A stretch of 38,200 bases of DNA from Escherichia phage sortregn: sequence record MN850588.1, one strand, 5' to 3'. Position 1 is the stretch's first letter. Each line of letters starts with the position of its first letter. Below are positions 15,131 through 22,690 of the stretch, one piece after another. The position numbers and the translations under genes were made by a program. Under the pieces are notes generated by a model, which ran no database searches, was not told the origin of the DNA, and worked only from the letters and a program-made list of their open reading frames with translations.

Positions 15131-15259
15131 ATGATGATGAATGACGAACACGGCAAGAAATCCAACGTAGCGGACGTCTCGCATATGTATGTAGGCCCGA
15201 ACCAACGCGCCTCACTGCTGGAGAAGGCGTTCGAGATGTTCAGAGCGGCGGCGTCGTGA
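15131..15259 (+). CDS. hypothetical small protein (42 aa)
   Basis: Below the ORF-track cutoff. Strong GAGGAG RBS directly upstream of ATGATGATG. Hand translated MMMNDEHGKKSNVADVSHMYVGPNQRASLLEKAFEMFRAAAS. Confidence 0.45.
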   Translation: MMMNDEHGKKSNVADVSHMYVGPNQRASLLEKAFEMFRAAAS

Positions 15260-15281
15260 TCCTGGACTCGTCCGTGGTCGA

Positions 15282-15554
15282 ATGGTCCGAAGTGGAGGCA
15301 TACCGCCCGGCAAAGTGAGGGCCGGGACCTGGGGGGATCGCCAGGCGGAGCGGCCTCCCTACTACGTGCAGATCAATAACCGCGTAGTGACCCCGGCGGA
15401 GTTCCACCGCCAGAAGCAGGAATTTATGAGGGGCGCGGTGATTGTAGTCCCACCGGACGAACCAACGTTCCCGATCGGCGAGATATGTCGCGGGATCCTG
15501 ATGATGTTCGGGCTATTCGCCCTGCTGTGGTTCGTGCTTACCTTCTTAAGATAA
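15282..15554 (+). CDS. hypothetical membrane protein
   Basis: 90-aa ORF with C-terminal TM (ILMMFGLFALLWFVLTFL). No good RBS at 15282; an internal start (MRGAVIVV, AGGAA upstream) is possible. Confidence 0.45.
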   Translation: MVRSGGIPPGKVRAGTWGDRQAERPPYYVQINNRVVTPAEFHRQKQEFMRGAVIVVPPDEPTFPIGEICRGILMMFGLFALLWFVLTFLR

Positions 15555-15619
15555 CGCTTGCATGATGTACGCCCCGGCGATATGCTGGGGCCGTTTCCAC
15601 CCACGAGAGAGATCGAACA

Positions 15620-16258
15620 ATGTCAATATTCACTTTCATTAATCGCAAACTGGGCCGTTTCAAGACGTGCCGGACCTGCAAGGATAAGCACCCTTGCGGC
15701 TTCGGGGAATGGCCTTCGATGTTCTTCATGTGCGACAAGTGCCAGAACAAGACGCTGGAGGAGCTATTCGAACCGGGACGCCTTAACCGCCTGACGATGG
15801 TCCACCAGACGGAGGAACAGATGGCAGAGTCCCGCCGCCGTCTGGGGCCGTTGATCGACAGCCTGGTGAGCCAGCAGCGCCAGAGCAAACAAACCGCAGC
15901 CCAGACCCAGGCAGCGAAGGCCGCGCAGTATCGCGACCCGCGATCGGTGGCAATGGCCCGCCAGATGGCGCACGACCCACGCCCGGCGGCTCGTGGTACG
16001 CAGCAGGATCCGATCTCGGACCCGATGCACCTCCTCAACCCGTTAAACCCGCTCTCCCCAGTGTCTCCGCTCAACCCGCTGAACGACTGGGACGACAGCA
16101 GCCACCGCCACCACGTCGCGCCAGCCATGAGCGAGCCGACGGAATGCCACACCACCAGCCACTCCTCCGGCTATGAGTCCAGCAGCAGCGACTACAGCAG
16201 CAGCAGCTACGACAGCGGGAGCGACTCCTCCAGCTACTCGTCCGGGGGCTGTGACTGA
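15620..16258 (+). CDS. Zn-ribbon protein with NPL repeats and Ser/Tyr/Asp-rich tail
   Basis: 212 aa; GAGAGAG RBS. CRTC-x17-CDKC, Q-rich middle, NPLNPLSPVSPLNPLN, and tail SSSSDYSSSSYDSGSDSSSYSSGGCD. Confidence 0.65.
   Translation: MSIFTFINRKLGRFKTCRTCKDKHPCGFGEWPSMFFMCDKCQNKTLEELFEPGRLNRLTMVHQTEEQMAESRRRLGPLIDSLVSQQRQSKQTAAQTQAAKAAQYRDPRSVAMARQMAHDPRPAARGTQQDPISDPMHLLNPLNPLSPVSPLNPLNDWDDSSHRHHVAPAMSEPTECHTTSHSSGYESSSSDYSSSSYDSGSDSSSYSSGGCD
16181..16245 (+). repeat. imperfect AGC-rich trinucleotide tract inside a CDS
   Basis: agcagcagcgactacagcagcagcagctacgacagcgggagcgactcctccagctactcgtcc encodes the Ser/Tyr/Asp tail of the 212-aa protein. Confidence 0.6.
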
Positions 16259-16554
16259 TGGCGATGGACAAGGACCGCAGGGTGGGCCGCACGAAGGCGG
16301 AAGCGCAACTCCTGAAACTCAAGCTGTACAAGGGGCCGGAGTGCAAGGTCCACGGCGGGAACTTCACCCGGTACACGTCAAACGGCGCTTGTGTGCTGTG
16401 CCGTAAGCTGGAGGCCGACACGACGAAGGGCAAGAGCCGGGGCTATATCGCCAAGAAGCGCGACACGCTGGCGTTTAATCACCCGGTTTCACCCTGGCCC
16501 ATAACCGCCGAGAATATGCACCTGTGCCCGGATCTCTCGTTCAAGCGAACTTGA
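16258..16554 (+). CDS. hypothetical Cys/His Zn-binding-like protein
   Basis: 98 aa; TGATG overlap with the upstream stop. ECKVHGGNFTRYTSNGACVLC pattern. Confidence 0.6.
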   Translation: MAMDKDRRVGRTKAEAQLLKLKLYKGPECKVHGGNFTRYTSNGACVLCRKLEADTTKGKSRGYIAKKRDTLAFNHPVSPWPITAENMHLCPDLSFKRT

Positions 16555-16576
16555 TCACGCTTCCGTAACCGCCGAT

Positions 16577-16626
16577 AATCCTCCGCGTAACCCTGTGACA
16601 CTCAGGCGATAAACGGAGGATTTTTT
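16577..16626 (+). promoter_or_regulatory. long-range hairpin pairing an anti-SD with the terS Shine-Dalgarno
   Basis: AATCCTCCG (16577-16585) can pair with CGGAGGATT (16614-16622). The latter holds the GGAGGA SD 9 nt upstream of the terS ATG. The loop is 28 nt and T6 follows. Confidence 0.4.
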
Positions 16627-16630
16627 CATC

Positions 16631-17185
16631 ATGGCAAACGAACAGAACCTTAAGAAGGGGAACCGCTTCTCCAAAGAGAACCAGCCGGAGCGACGCGGCA
16701 GGGCGAAGCAGAACCGGACGTTACTCCTCGAAGCACTCCGCAAGGTTCGGATCAAGGAGGCCACCGGGCGCAAGGTCGAGGACATCGATCCAAACACTGG
16801 CGAGGTGAAGGTGAACAGCGAAACGGGCGAGCCGATCATGGTGGACGAGTTCGTGGAGGTCCCGCTCACGGAGGACATGTTCATCCAGCGAGCGATCCAG
16901 ATGGCCCTCGTAGACGGTTCCATGATGCGCGACATCATGAGCCGATTAATCCCCTACACCAAGCCGACCAGCCCGACCTATTGCTTTGAACTGACCGGAT
17001 CCACCCCGTCCGAGCGTATCACCGAGATCGAGGACCTGGTGGCAGCGGGAGAGCTTCCGTTCGACGCGGCGGAGTCTATGGTGAAGATGATCCGCCACGG
17101 CGCGGAAGTGTTCGAAATGTCCGAAATGGTCAAACGACTGGACGCACTGGAGGCCCGACTGAATGGCGAAGCCAAAGACGAATAA
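16631..17185 (+). CDS. terS: putative terminase small subunit
   Basis: 184 aa upstream of terL, separated from it by the 144-aa HExxH gene. Basic N-terminus KKGNRFSKENQPERRGR typical of small-terminase-like DNA-binding N-termini, and coiled-coil C-terminus. Largely a positional call. Confidence 0.6.
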   Translation: MANEQNLKKGNRFSKENQPERRGRAKQNRTLLLEALRKVRIKEATGRKVEDIDPNTGEVKVNSETGEPIMVDEFVEVPLTEDMFIQRAIQMALVDGSMMRDIMSRLIPYTKPTSPTYCFELTGSTPSERITEIEDLVAAGELPFDAAESMVKMIRHGAEVFEMSEMVKRLDALEARLNGEAKDE

Positions 17186-17597
17186 ACTCCCGCCGGACAC
17201 TTACGGCAGACTGGAGGCGCTGGGCCTGAAATGGTTCACCGCCTCCCCTTACCCTTATTTCATCGTGTGCTTTGACCCGCAGGACGAGGAGATGGTGGCG
17301 AAGCTGGGCGAATGCTTCCCGGACTGGAACCGCGAGAAGCCGATCCAGCAAGGCGTCGCCATTGAGTACCACGCCGCCGACGTTAAGCTGGTGTTCGTAG
17401 GCGTCCGCCGGGGCCAATACTGGCGGACGACCATCGTCCACGAGATCGTCCACGTTAAGAACTACATCGGCGACACGCTGGGGATCGAGTGGGACGTGAA
17501 CAACGACGAGCCGGAGGCTTACTTCGTGGGCTGGCTGTTTAACATGATGGAGCAAACCTTCCAGGATCTGGGCTATGGCAAAAAATCGAAAGGATAA
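17163..17597 (+). CDS. HExxH motif protein (putative zinc metallopeptidase)
   Basis: 144 aa. IVHEIVHV followed 19 residues after the second His by EPEAY. Overlaps terS and terL by 23 nt each, in a third frame. Confidence 0.6.
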   Translation: MAKPKTNKLPPDTYGRLEALGLKWFTASPYPYFIVCFDPQDEEMVAKLGECFPDWNREKPIQQGVAIEYHAADVKLVFVGVRRGQYWRTTIVHEIVHVKNYIGDTLGIEWDVNNDEPEAYFVGWLFNMMEQTFQDLGYGKKSKG

Positions 17598-19197
17598 CCT
17601 CGCACGACTGGCCCGACTGGAGGGCCGGGCGTCTTACGTGGCCCGCGATGGTGGCCTGGTGTATGGCGTTTATGAGCCGGACGGGACCAGCGCCAAGCAC
17701 TGCTACAACATGAAGAAGGTTAACGGCGAATGGGTGTACACCTCCGAGCCGCACGACATCACGATCGCGGAGTGTCTGACCCCGATCCTCCTCCGTCCGA
17801 AGCGCTTTATTATCCTGGTCGGCGGGCGTGGCTCCGGGAAGTCGCTCACCGTCGGCGGGATCATCGACGCAGACGCCCACGACGAGGCGGCGAGCGCGAT
17901 GTGTCTCCGCGAATACCAGGCATCGATCAAGGATTCAGTCCACCCGCTCCTCGTCAACCGGATCGAGGAGTACGGTCTGGACGGCTTCGAGATCCTGGAG
18001 AAGGAGATCCGCCACACCAACGGCGCGATCATCCGTTTTAAGGGGATGGCGAGGGACCCAGCGGGCGTAAAATCCGCGTTCGGCTTCCGTCGCTTCTGGG
18101 GCGAGGAGGCGCAGACCTTTTCCGCCGAGTCTCTCCGCCAGTTAACGCCAACGATGCGCGAAACGGGCGGTATTATGCTGTTCACGGCGAACCCCGGCTC
18201 CAGTGAGGACGCATTCAGTCAGAGATTCCTGATCCCATTCTGGGAGGATCTCCAGCGGGACGGCATCTACGAGGACGATCTCCACCTGATAATCCGCGTC
18301 AACTGGTCGGATAACCCCTGGTTCCCCCCAGAGCTTCGATCGGAGATGGAGTTCGACCGCCAGACGCTTTCAAAGGCGCTATTCGATCACGTATGGGAAG
18401 GCCATTTTAATGACAGTGTGCCGGATGCCATTATCCCGGCGGAATGGTTCGACGCGGCGATCGACGCCCACAAGAAACTCGGATTCAAGCCGACCGGGAT
18501 CAGGATCGGCGCACTCGACCCGGCGGACGTCGGGGCGGATAACAAGGCTTACGGCGAGCGTTACGGCTCCGTGGTCACGCATATGGAGGAATGGTTCGAA
18601 GGTGACGCGAACGACTCCGTAGACAAGGCGATCAACACGGCGAAGGACCACGGGATCGAGGCGTTCGTGTGGGACCGCGCCGGACTGGGCGCTGGCTTGC
18701 GCCGCCAGGTCACGGAGGCTTACGCCGGGACGAAGGTCCTCGTAGACGGTTACAACGCCGGGGACGGCGTGAAGCACCCTGACAACCCTGTGGAGCTTGA
18801 TCACTGGCTGAACAACAAGGCCAGCGGGAACAATATCCAGAAGAACGCCGACGCGTTCGCGAACCGTGGCTCCCAGGACATCTACCTGTTACGGAAGCGC
18901 TTCGAAAGGACTTACGAGGCCGTGGTGAAGGGCGTATATCACAACCCGGACGAACTGATCGCGCTGGACAGCGAGGGGATCGGGGAGCATATGACCAAAC
19001 TCAGGGCGGAAGTGTGCCGTATTCCGCGCATTTACAACACCAACGGGAAATTTGCTAGGATGCCTAAGCCGCAGATGCGGACCAAACTCAAAATGAAGTC
19101 GCCGGGGATGGCTGACGTGCTTTGCATGTTGATGCAGCCGCCGGAGACGGTGAAAGACGAAGATTATTCCGGCTATAATGTGCCGAGCAACCGCTAA
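17575..19197 (+). CDS. terL: terminase large subunit
   Basis: 540 aa. Walker A-like ILVGGRGSGKS, ATPase N-half and nuclease C-half. Position upstream of portal. Confidence 0.9.
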   Translation: MAKNRKDNLARLARLEGRASYVARDGGLVYGVYEPDGTSAKHCYNMKKVNGEWVYTSEPHDITIAECLTPILLRPKRFIILVGGRGSGKSLTVGGIIDADAHDEAASAMCLREYQASIKDSVHPLLVNRIEEYGLDGFEILEKEIRHTNGAIIRFKGMARDPAGVKSAFGFRRFWGEEAQTFSAESLRQLTPTMRETGGIMLFTANPGSSEDAFSQRFLIPFWEDLQRDGIYEDDLHLIIRVNWSDNPWFPPELRSEMEFDRQTLSKALFDHVWEGHFNDSVPDAIIPAEWFDAAIDAHKKLGFKPTGIRIGALDPADVGADNKAYGERYGSVVTHMEEWFEGDANDSVDKAINTAKDHGIEAFVWDRAGLGAGLRRQVTEAYAGTKVLVDGYNAGDGVKHPDNPVELDHWLNNKASGNNIQKNADAFANRGSQDIYLLRKRFERTYEAVVKGVYHNPDELIALDSEGIGEHMTKLRAEVCRIPRIYNTNGKFARMPKPQMRTKLKMKSPGMADVLCMLMQPPETVKDEDYSGYNVPSNR

Positions 19198-19214
19198 ACC
19201 CCACGGAGAACATC

Positions 19215-21449
19215 ATGGCACGAGTTAAAAAATCGGTGCAGAACTGGCAGGAATGCGCCCGGAAGAAATTAAGCGCCGCGATCGGGGCGGAGGACACCAG
19301 CCGCAAGAAGATGATCGAAACGGCGCGATTTGTCCGCATTCCTGGCGCTCAGTGGGAAGGCTCCACGAACTCCGGCTTTGCGATGGATGATGAACGTTTC
19401 CAGAAATACCCGCGATTTGAGCTAAACAAGGTCGGGCGCGAGGTGGATCGCATCATTTCAGACTACCGCCTGAACCGCGTAAACGTCACGTTCCGCCCGA
19501 AGGACACCCAGGCCTCCGAAGAACTGGCGGACAAGCTGAACGGCAAGTTTCGCGCAGACTTCAACGAGTCGAACGGCTCCGAAGCCGTGGACAACACCTA
19601 CGAGGACGGCGTGACGGGCGGAATGGGCGCTTTCCGCATGGACACCGAACTGGAGGACGAGTTCGACCCGGACAACGAACAGCGTCACATTGTTTTTTAC
19701 CCGATCTATGATCCGGCCTCGTGCCTGTTTATCGATCAGGACTCCAAGATGTACGATCGCAGTGATGCTATGTGGATGGCGGAGCTATTCAGCATGACCC
19801 CGGACAAGTACGAGGAGCGCTATCCCGACGCCCTCGCCCCGGAGGACCTGATGGCGATCGATACCGGGAAACAATTCGACTGGGCCACGAAGGACGCGAT
19901 CTATCTGGCGCGTTACTACGAGGTGAAGATCGAGGACACCACCGTGATCTCCTACAAGAACCCGTTAACCGGGGAGGTGGAGGTCTACGACGAGGACGAG
20001 ATCGAGCAGATCGAGGACGAACTGGAGGCCGGAGGCTGGGAACGCCAGAAGGATCGCAAGGTCAAGCGCCGCAAGGTCTATTGCGGACTTATGACTGGTG
20101 GCGAATGGCTGGAGGAGCCGAAGCTGATCCCGTTCGAGTGGATCCCGATCTTCGTGTTCAACGCCCGCCGCTCGTTCATCGACAACATGGAACGCGTAAG
20201 CGGTCACGCGACCCAGGCCCTCGACGCGCAACGTCTGGAAAACCTGATCGTGTCCATGATGGCGGACCAGGCCGCGCAGTCTGGCGGCGATAACATCCCG
20301 ATCATGGACATTGATATGATTCCCGGAGCGCTGGCTGACGCCTGGGGGGAACGTAACACGAAGCGCCCGGCATACTTGCCCGCTAAATCGCTCCGTAACG
20401 CCGCTGGTGAGGTTGTGCAGCAAGCCGGGCCACTGGGTTACACGCCATCGACGCCGCTCTCTCCGGCGCTGGCAGCGGTCCTACAGTACACCGGGAGCAC
20501 TATCCAGCAGATCGTCGGCTCGTCCCAGGTGGAGGCGTTACCGTCGAACCTGGCGACCGAAACCGTGGAGGCCATTTTCGCCCGTATGGACGGACAGGGC
20601 GCTCTCTACATGGACAACCTGGGGAAAACGCTCCGCCACTGTGGGCGCGTGTACCTCAGCGCGGCCCGCAAGGTCTACGGCTCGGAGAATTACGTCCGCG
20701 TGAAGAACGAGGACGGGACCGACGATCTCGTGTTAATGACCGGGAAAGTGATCGATCGTGACACGGACGAGGCGATCGCGATTAACGACCTCAAGCGCGG
20801 GAAATATGAGGTCGAGGCCGACGTGGGCGAGTCCTCCCAGACGAAGCGCGTCGCAACCGTTCGCAGCCTGACGAATCTCCTCCAGTCCATGCAGCCTGGC
20901 GACCCGAACGCCGCCGTAGTGATGGGCCTGATCATCATGAACATGGACGGCGAAGGCTTGCAGGACTTCAAGGAATACAGCCGCCGCCAGCTTCTCCTGA
21001 ATGGCATCGTGAAGCCGCAGACGGACGAGGAGAAAGCGATGGTAGCCGAGGCCCAGCAAGCCGCCCAGCAGCAGCCGGACGCGCAGATGGTAGCCGCTCA
21101 GGGCGTAGCGCAGCAGGGACAGGCCGCAGTGATGGAGCAGGAGAACAAGCGTTTAGAACTGACGCTCAAGGCGCAGAGCACCGCGTCCGACGGTCAACTG
21201 AAAAACGCGCAGACGGTCAAGACGATGGCAGAGGCGGCGGCAATCCCGCAGGATCAGCTATTGAGCGCGATCGCCGTTCTCCAGAAGTACGTCTCCCAGC
21301 AGAACAGCGACGCCCACAAACAGGCGGATCTGTTCCTCAAGGCTCAGGGACAGGGCCACACCCAGCGCGAGGACCAGATGGCCCGCGAGATGGCAGAGCG
21401 CCAGGCATCGCAGAGCGCCGATCGTCAACTGGGATTAGCTGGCCTGTAA
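19215..21449 (+). CDS. portal protein, P22 gp1-like
   Basis: 744 aa, collinear with P22 gp1 as recalled: ARYYEVKIEDTTVISYKNPLTGEVEVY vs [28 protein letters not shown], and KVKRRKVY vs QIKRRRVY. C-terminal Q/A-rich barrel AEAQQAAQQQPDAQMVAAQGVAQQGQAA. Confidence 0.95.
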   Translation: MARVKKSVQNWQECARKKLSAAIGAEDTSRKKMIETARFVRIPGAQWEGSTNSGFAMDDERFQKYPRFELNKVGREVDRIISDYRLNRVNVTFRPKDTQASEELADKLNGKFRADFNESNGSEAVDNTYEDGVTGGMGAFRMDTELEDEFDPDNEQRHIVFYPIYDPASCLFIDQDSKMYDRSDAMWMAELFSMTPDKYEERYPDALAPEDLMAIDTGKQFDWATKDAIYLARYYEVKIEDTTVISYKNPLTGEVEVYDEDEIEQIEDELEAGGWERQKDRKVKRRKVYCGLMTGGEWLEEPKLIPFEWIPIFVFNARRSFIDNMERVSGHATQALDAQRLENLIVSMMADQAAQSGGDNIPIMDIDMIPGALADAWGERNTKRPAYLPAKSLRNAAGEVVQQAGPLGYTPSTPLSPALAAVLQYTGSTIQQIVGSSQVEALPSNLATETVEAIFARMDGQGALYMDNLGKTLRHCGRVYLSAARKVYGSENYVRVKNEDGTDDLVLMTGKVIDRDTDEAIAINDLKRGKYEVEADVGESSQTKRVATVRSLTNLLQSMQPGDPNAAVVMGLIIMNMDGEGLQDFKEYSRRQLLLNGIVKPQTDEEKAMVAEAQQAAQQQPDAQMVAAQGVAQQGQAAVMEQENKRLELTLKAQSTASDGQLKNAQTVKTMAEAAAIPQDQLLSAIAVLQKYVSQQNSDAHKQADLFLKAQGQGHTQREDQMAREMAERQASQSADRQLGLAGL

Positions 21450-21473
21450 CTGGTCGGACCGCACGAAAAGCTA

Positions 21474-21502
21474 AAGACAAGCCCGCTTCGGCGGGCTATT
21501 CT
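21474..21502 (+). promoter_or_regulatory. promoter candidate overlapping the portal terminator
   Basis: AAGACA (21474-21479), 17-nt spacer, TATTCT (21497-21502). Same architecture as 25006-25034. Confidence 0.4.
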
Positions 21503-21505
21503 TTG
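21481..21505 (+). terminator. rho-independent terminator after the portal gene
   Basis: GCCCGC-TTCG-GCGGGC followed by TATTCTTTG. Confidence 0.7.
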
Positions 21506-21508
21506 CCT

Positions 21509-21519
21509 CGACACATCAC
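21509..21519 (+). repeat. conserved leader CGACACATCAC (copy 1)
   Basis: Identical 11-mer at 25041-25051. Both copies lie exactly 6 nt after the -10-like hexamer. Confidence 0.6.
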
Positions 21520-21543
21520 TAAACCATTACAAAGGAGTTTTGA

Positions 21544-21765
21544 ATGGCCCGATCACTGATAGCAGTCAAAGACGCCGCCGGGGAAAAGTACCTCCTCCCG
21601 GTCCGTAACATCGTGAGCGTGACGGAGTTCCCGGACAACGAGCGCCGCGTGGAGGTCAAGGTCCGCGAGCCGATCAATGGCCCAGACGGGCGGATCTGTG
21701 GGTACGAGTTAAACCTGTATTACTCGCCAATGTCGATCGCACAATTCGAAGGGGCTTACGCGTGA
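21544..21765 (+). CDS. hypothetical protein (insert gene 1)
   Basis: 73 aa; AAGGAG RBS; first gene after the portal terminator. Confidence 0.6.
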   Translation: MARSLIAVKDAAGEKYLLPVRNIVSVTEFPDNERRVEVKVREPINGPDGRICGYELNLYYSPMSIAQFEGAYA

Positions 21766-21932
21766 AACGCTACAAATGCACCGTAGGCGACAAGCGCGGG
21801 GCGTTCGGCGACTGTATGGAGCAGGACAAGGACGGGGACTGGATGCGCGTCTCCGACCATAATCGACACATTCAGGCACTGGAGCGCCAGATCGCGGCGC
21901 TAAAGGCCAAAACCAGAGAGACGAAACAATGA
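21762..21932 (+). CDS. hypothetical protein (insert gene 2, 56 aa)
   Basis: Below the ORF-track cutoff. GTGA overlap with the upstream stop and ATGA overlap with the downstream start. MKRYKCTVGDKRGAFGDCMEQDKDGDWMRVSDHNRHIQALERQIAALKAKTRETKQ. Confidence 0.5.
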   Translation: MKRYKCTVGDKRGAFGDCMEQDKDGDWMRVSDHNRHIQALERQIAALKAKTRETKQ

Positions 21933-22297
21933 AAACGACCTACAACCTCGACCAGATGGCCCTCTTTTCTGCGATCGCCGCAGCGGTAGGAAAACAGGCG
22001 CCAGGGCTTCCGGCGGATAACCGCGCTAACGTGGTGATCGAGGCCGCAAACATGATCGTAGCGGCCTATGCGCTGACCGATGCCGAATACATGGCGAAGA
22101 AGGCAGAAGCGCCGATCGCCGTTGACCTCCAGCCGACGGCGGAACAGGTGGAGGCCGGGATCGCCTCGCTGTGGGACACCATCCCCGGCGCGATGGATCA
22201 GCTATGCCAGGACGTGGCAGAGGAGGAGCAGGGCGATCTATTCTCCGACGCTGTTACTTTCGTGTGGCAAGCCATGATCGGGAAGCGTCCACAATGA
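21929..22297 (+). CDS. hypothetical protein (insert gene 3)
   Basis: 122 aa, Ala-rich and acidic, translationally coupled on both sides. Confidence 0.6.
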   Translation: MKTTYNLDQMALFSAIAAAVGKQAPGLPADNRANVVIEAANMIVAAYALTDAEYMAKKAEAPIAVDLQPTAEQVEAGIASLWDTIPGAMDQLCQDVAEEEQGDLFSDAVTFVWQAMIGKRPQ

Positions 22298-22563
22298 GCG
22301 TAATCCATCACTACCTCGCCTTTCCGGGCGGGGGAGTGTCCGCCCTCCGCAAGCTGGGCCAGACGCTCGAAGAACGCCACGACCTCGACGGCATACTGGA
22401 GGGGCCGGAGGAGGGGGAGCGCTGGCGCATCGTAGCCAGTGAGATGATCCACGCCGCAGAAGGGCCAGACGTCGCGCTCTACTACGTGATCCCCGCTTCG
22501 GTTCCACCGCACCACGAGGCGCTCTATCTCTCGCAAGCCCTCGTAAAAGCCGCCACGAAATAA
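22294..22563 (+). CDS. hypothetical protein (insert gene 4)
   Basis: ORF 22171-22563; ATG 22294 preferred (ATGA overlap with the upstream stop). 89 aa. Confidence 0.6.
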   Translation: MSVIHHYLAFPGGGVSALRKLGQTLEERHDLDGILEGPEEGERWRIVASEMIHAAEGPDVALYYVIPASVPPHHEALYLSQALVKAATK

Positions 22564-22647
22564 CCCGCCACCCTGGGGGGATCGTTAATCGCGATCTCCC
22601 CTATTTGCATTTTCCCGCCGCCCTCGCTTAAACTTACTCCCGCCACC
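22564..22647 (+). repeat. CCCGCCRCC triple repeat in the portal-insert/scaffold gap
   Basis: CCCGCCACC 22564-22572, CCCGCCGCC 22614-22622, CCCGCCACC 22639-22647. Confidence 0.5.
22576..22612 (+). terminator. imperfect hairpin plus T-rich tail (possible terminator of the 4-gene insert)
   Basis: GGGGGATCG-TTAATCG-CGATC(T)CCCC, then TATTTGCATTTT. Confidence 0.4.
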
Positions 22648-22690
22648 GATGGGCGAATACATCGCGTATGCAACAAAACGAGGATCTACG

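Noticed and set aside
15538-16155. 205-aa minus-strand ORF opposite the Zn-ribbon/Ser-rich gene
   Set aside because: It has no RBS and a Cys/Trp/Arg-rich composition. The plus-strand gene has a strong RBS and is coupled to the next gene.
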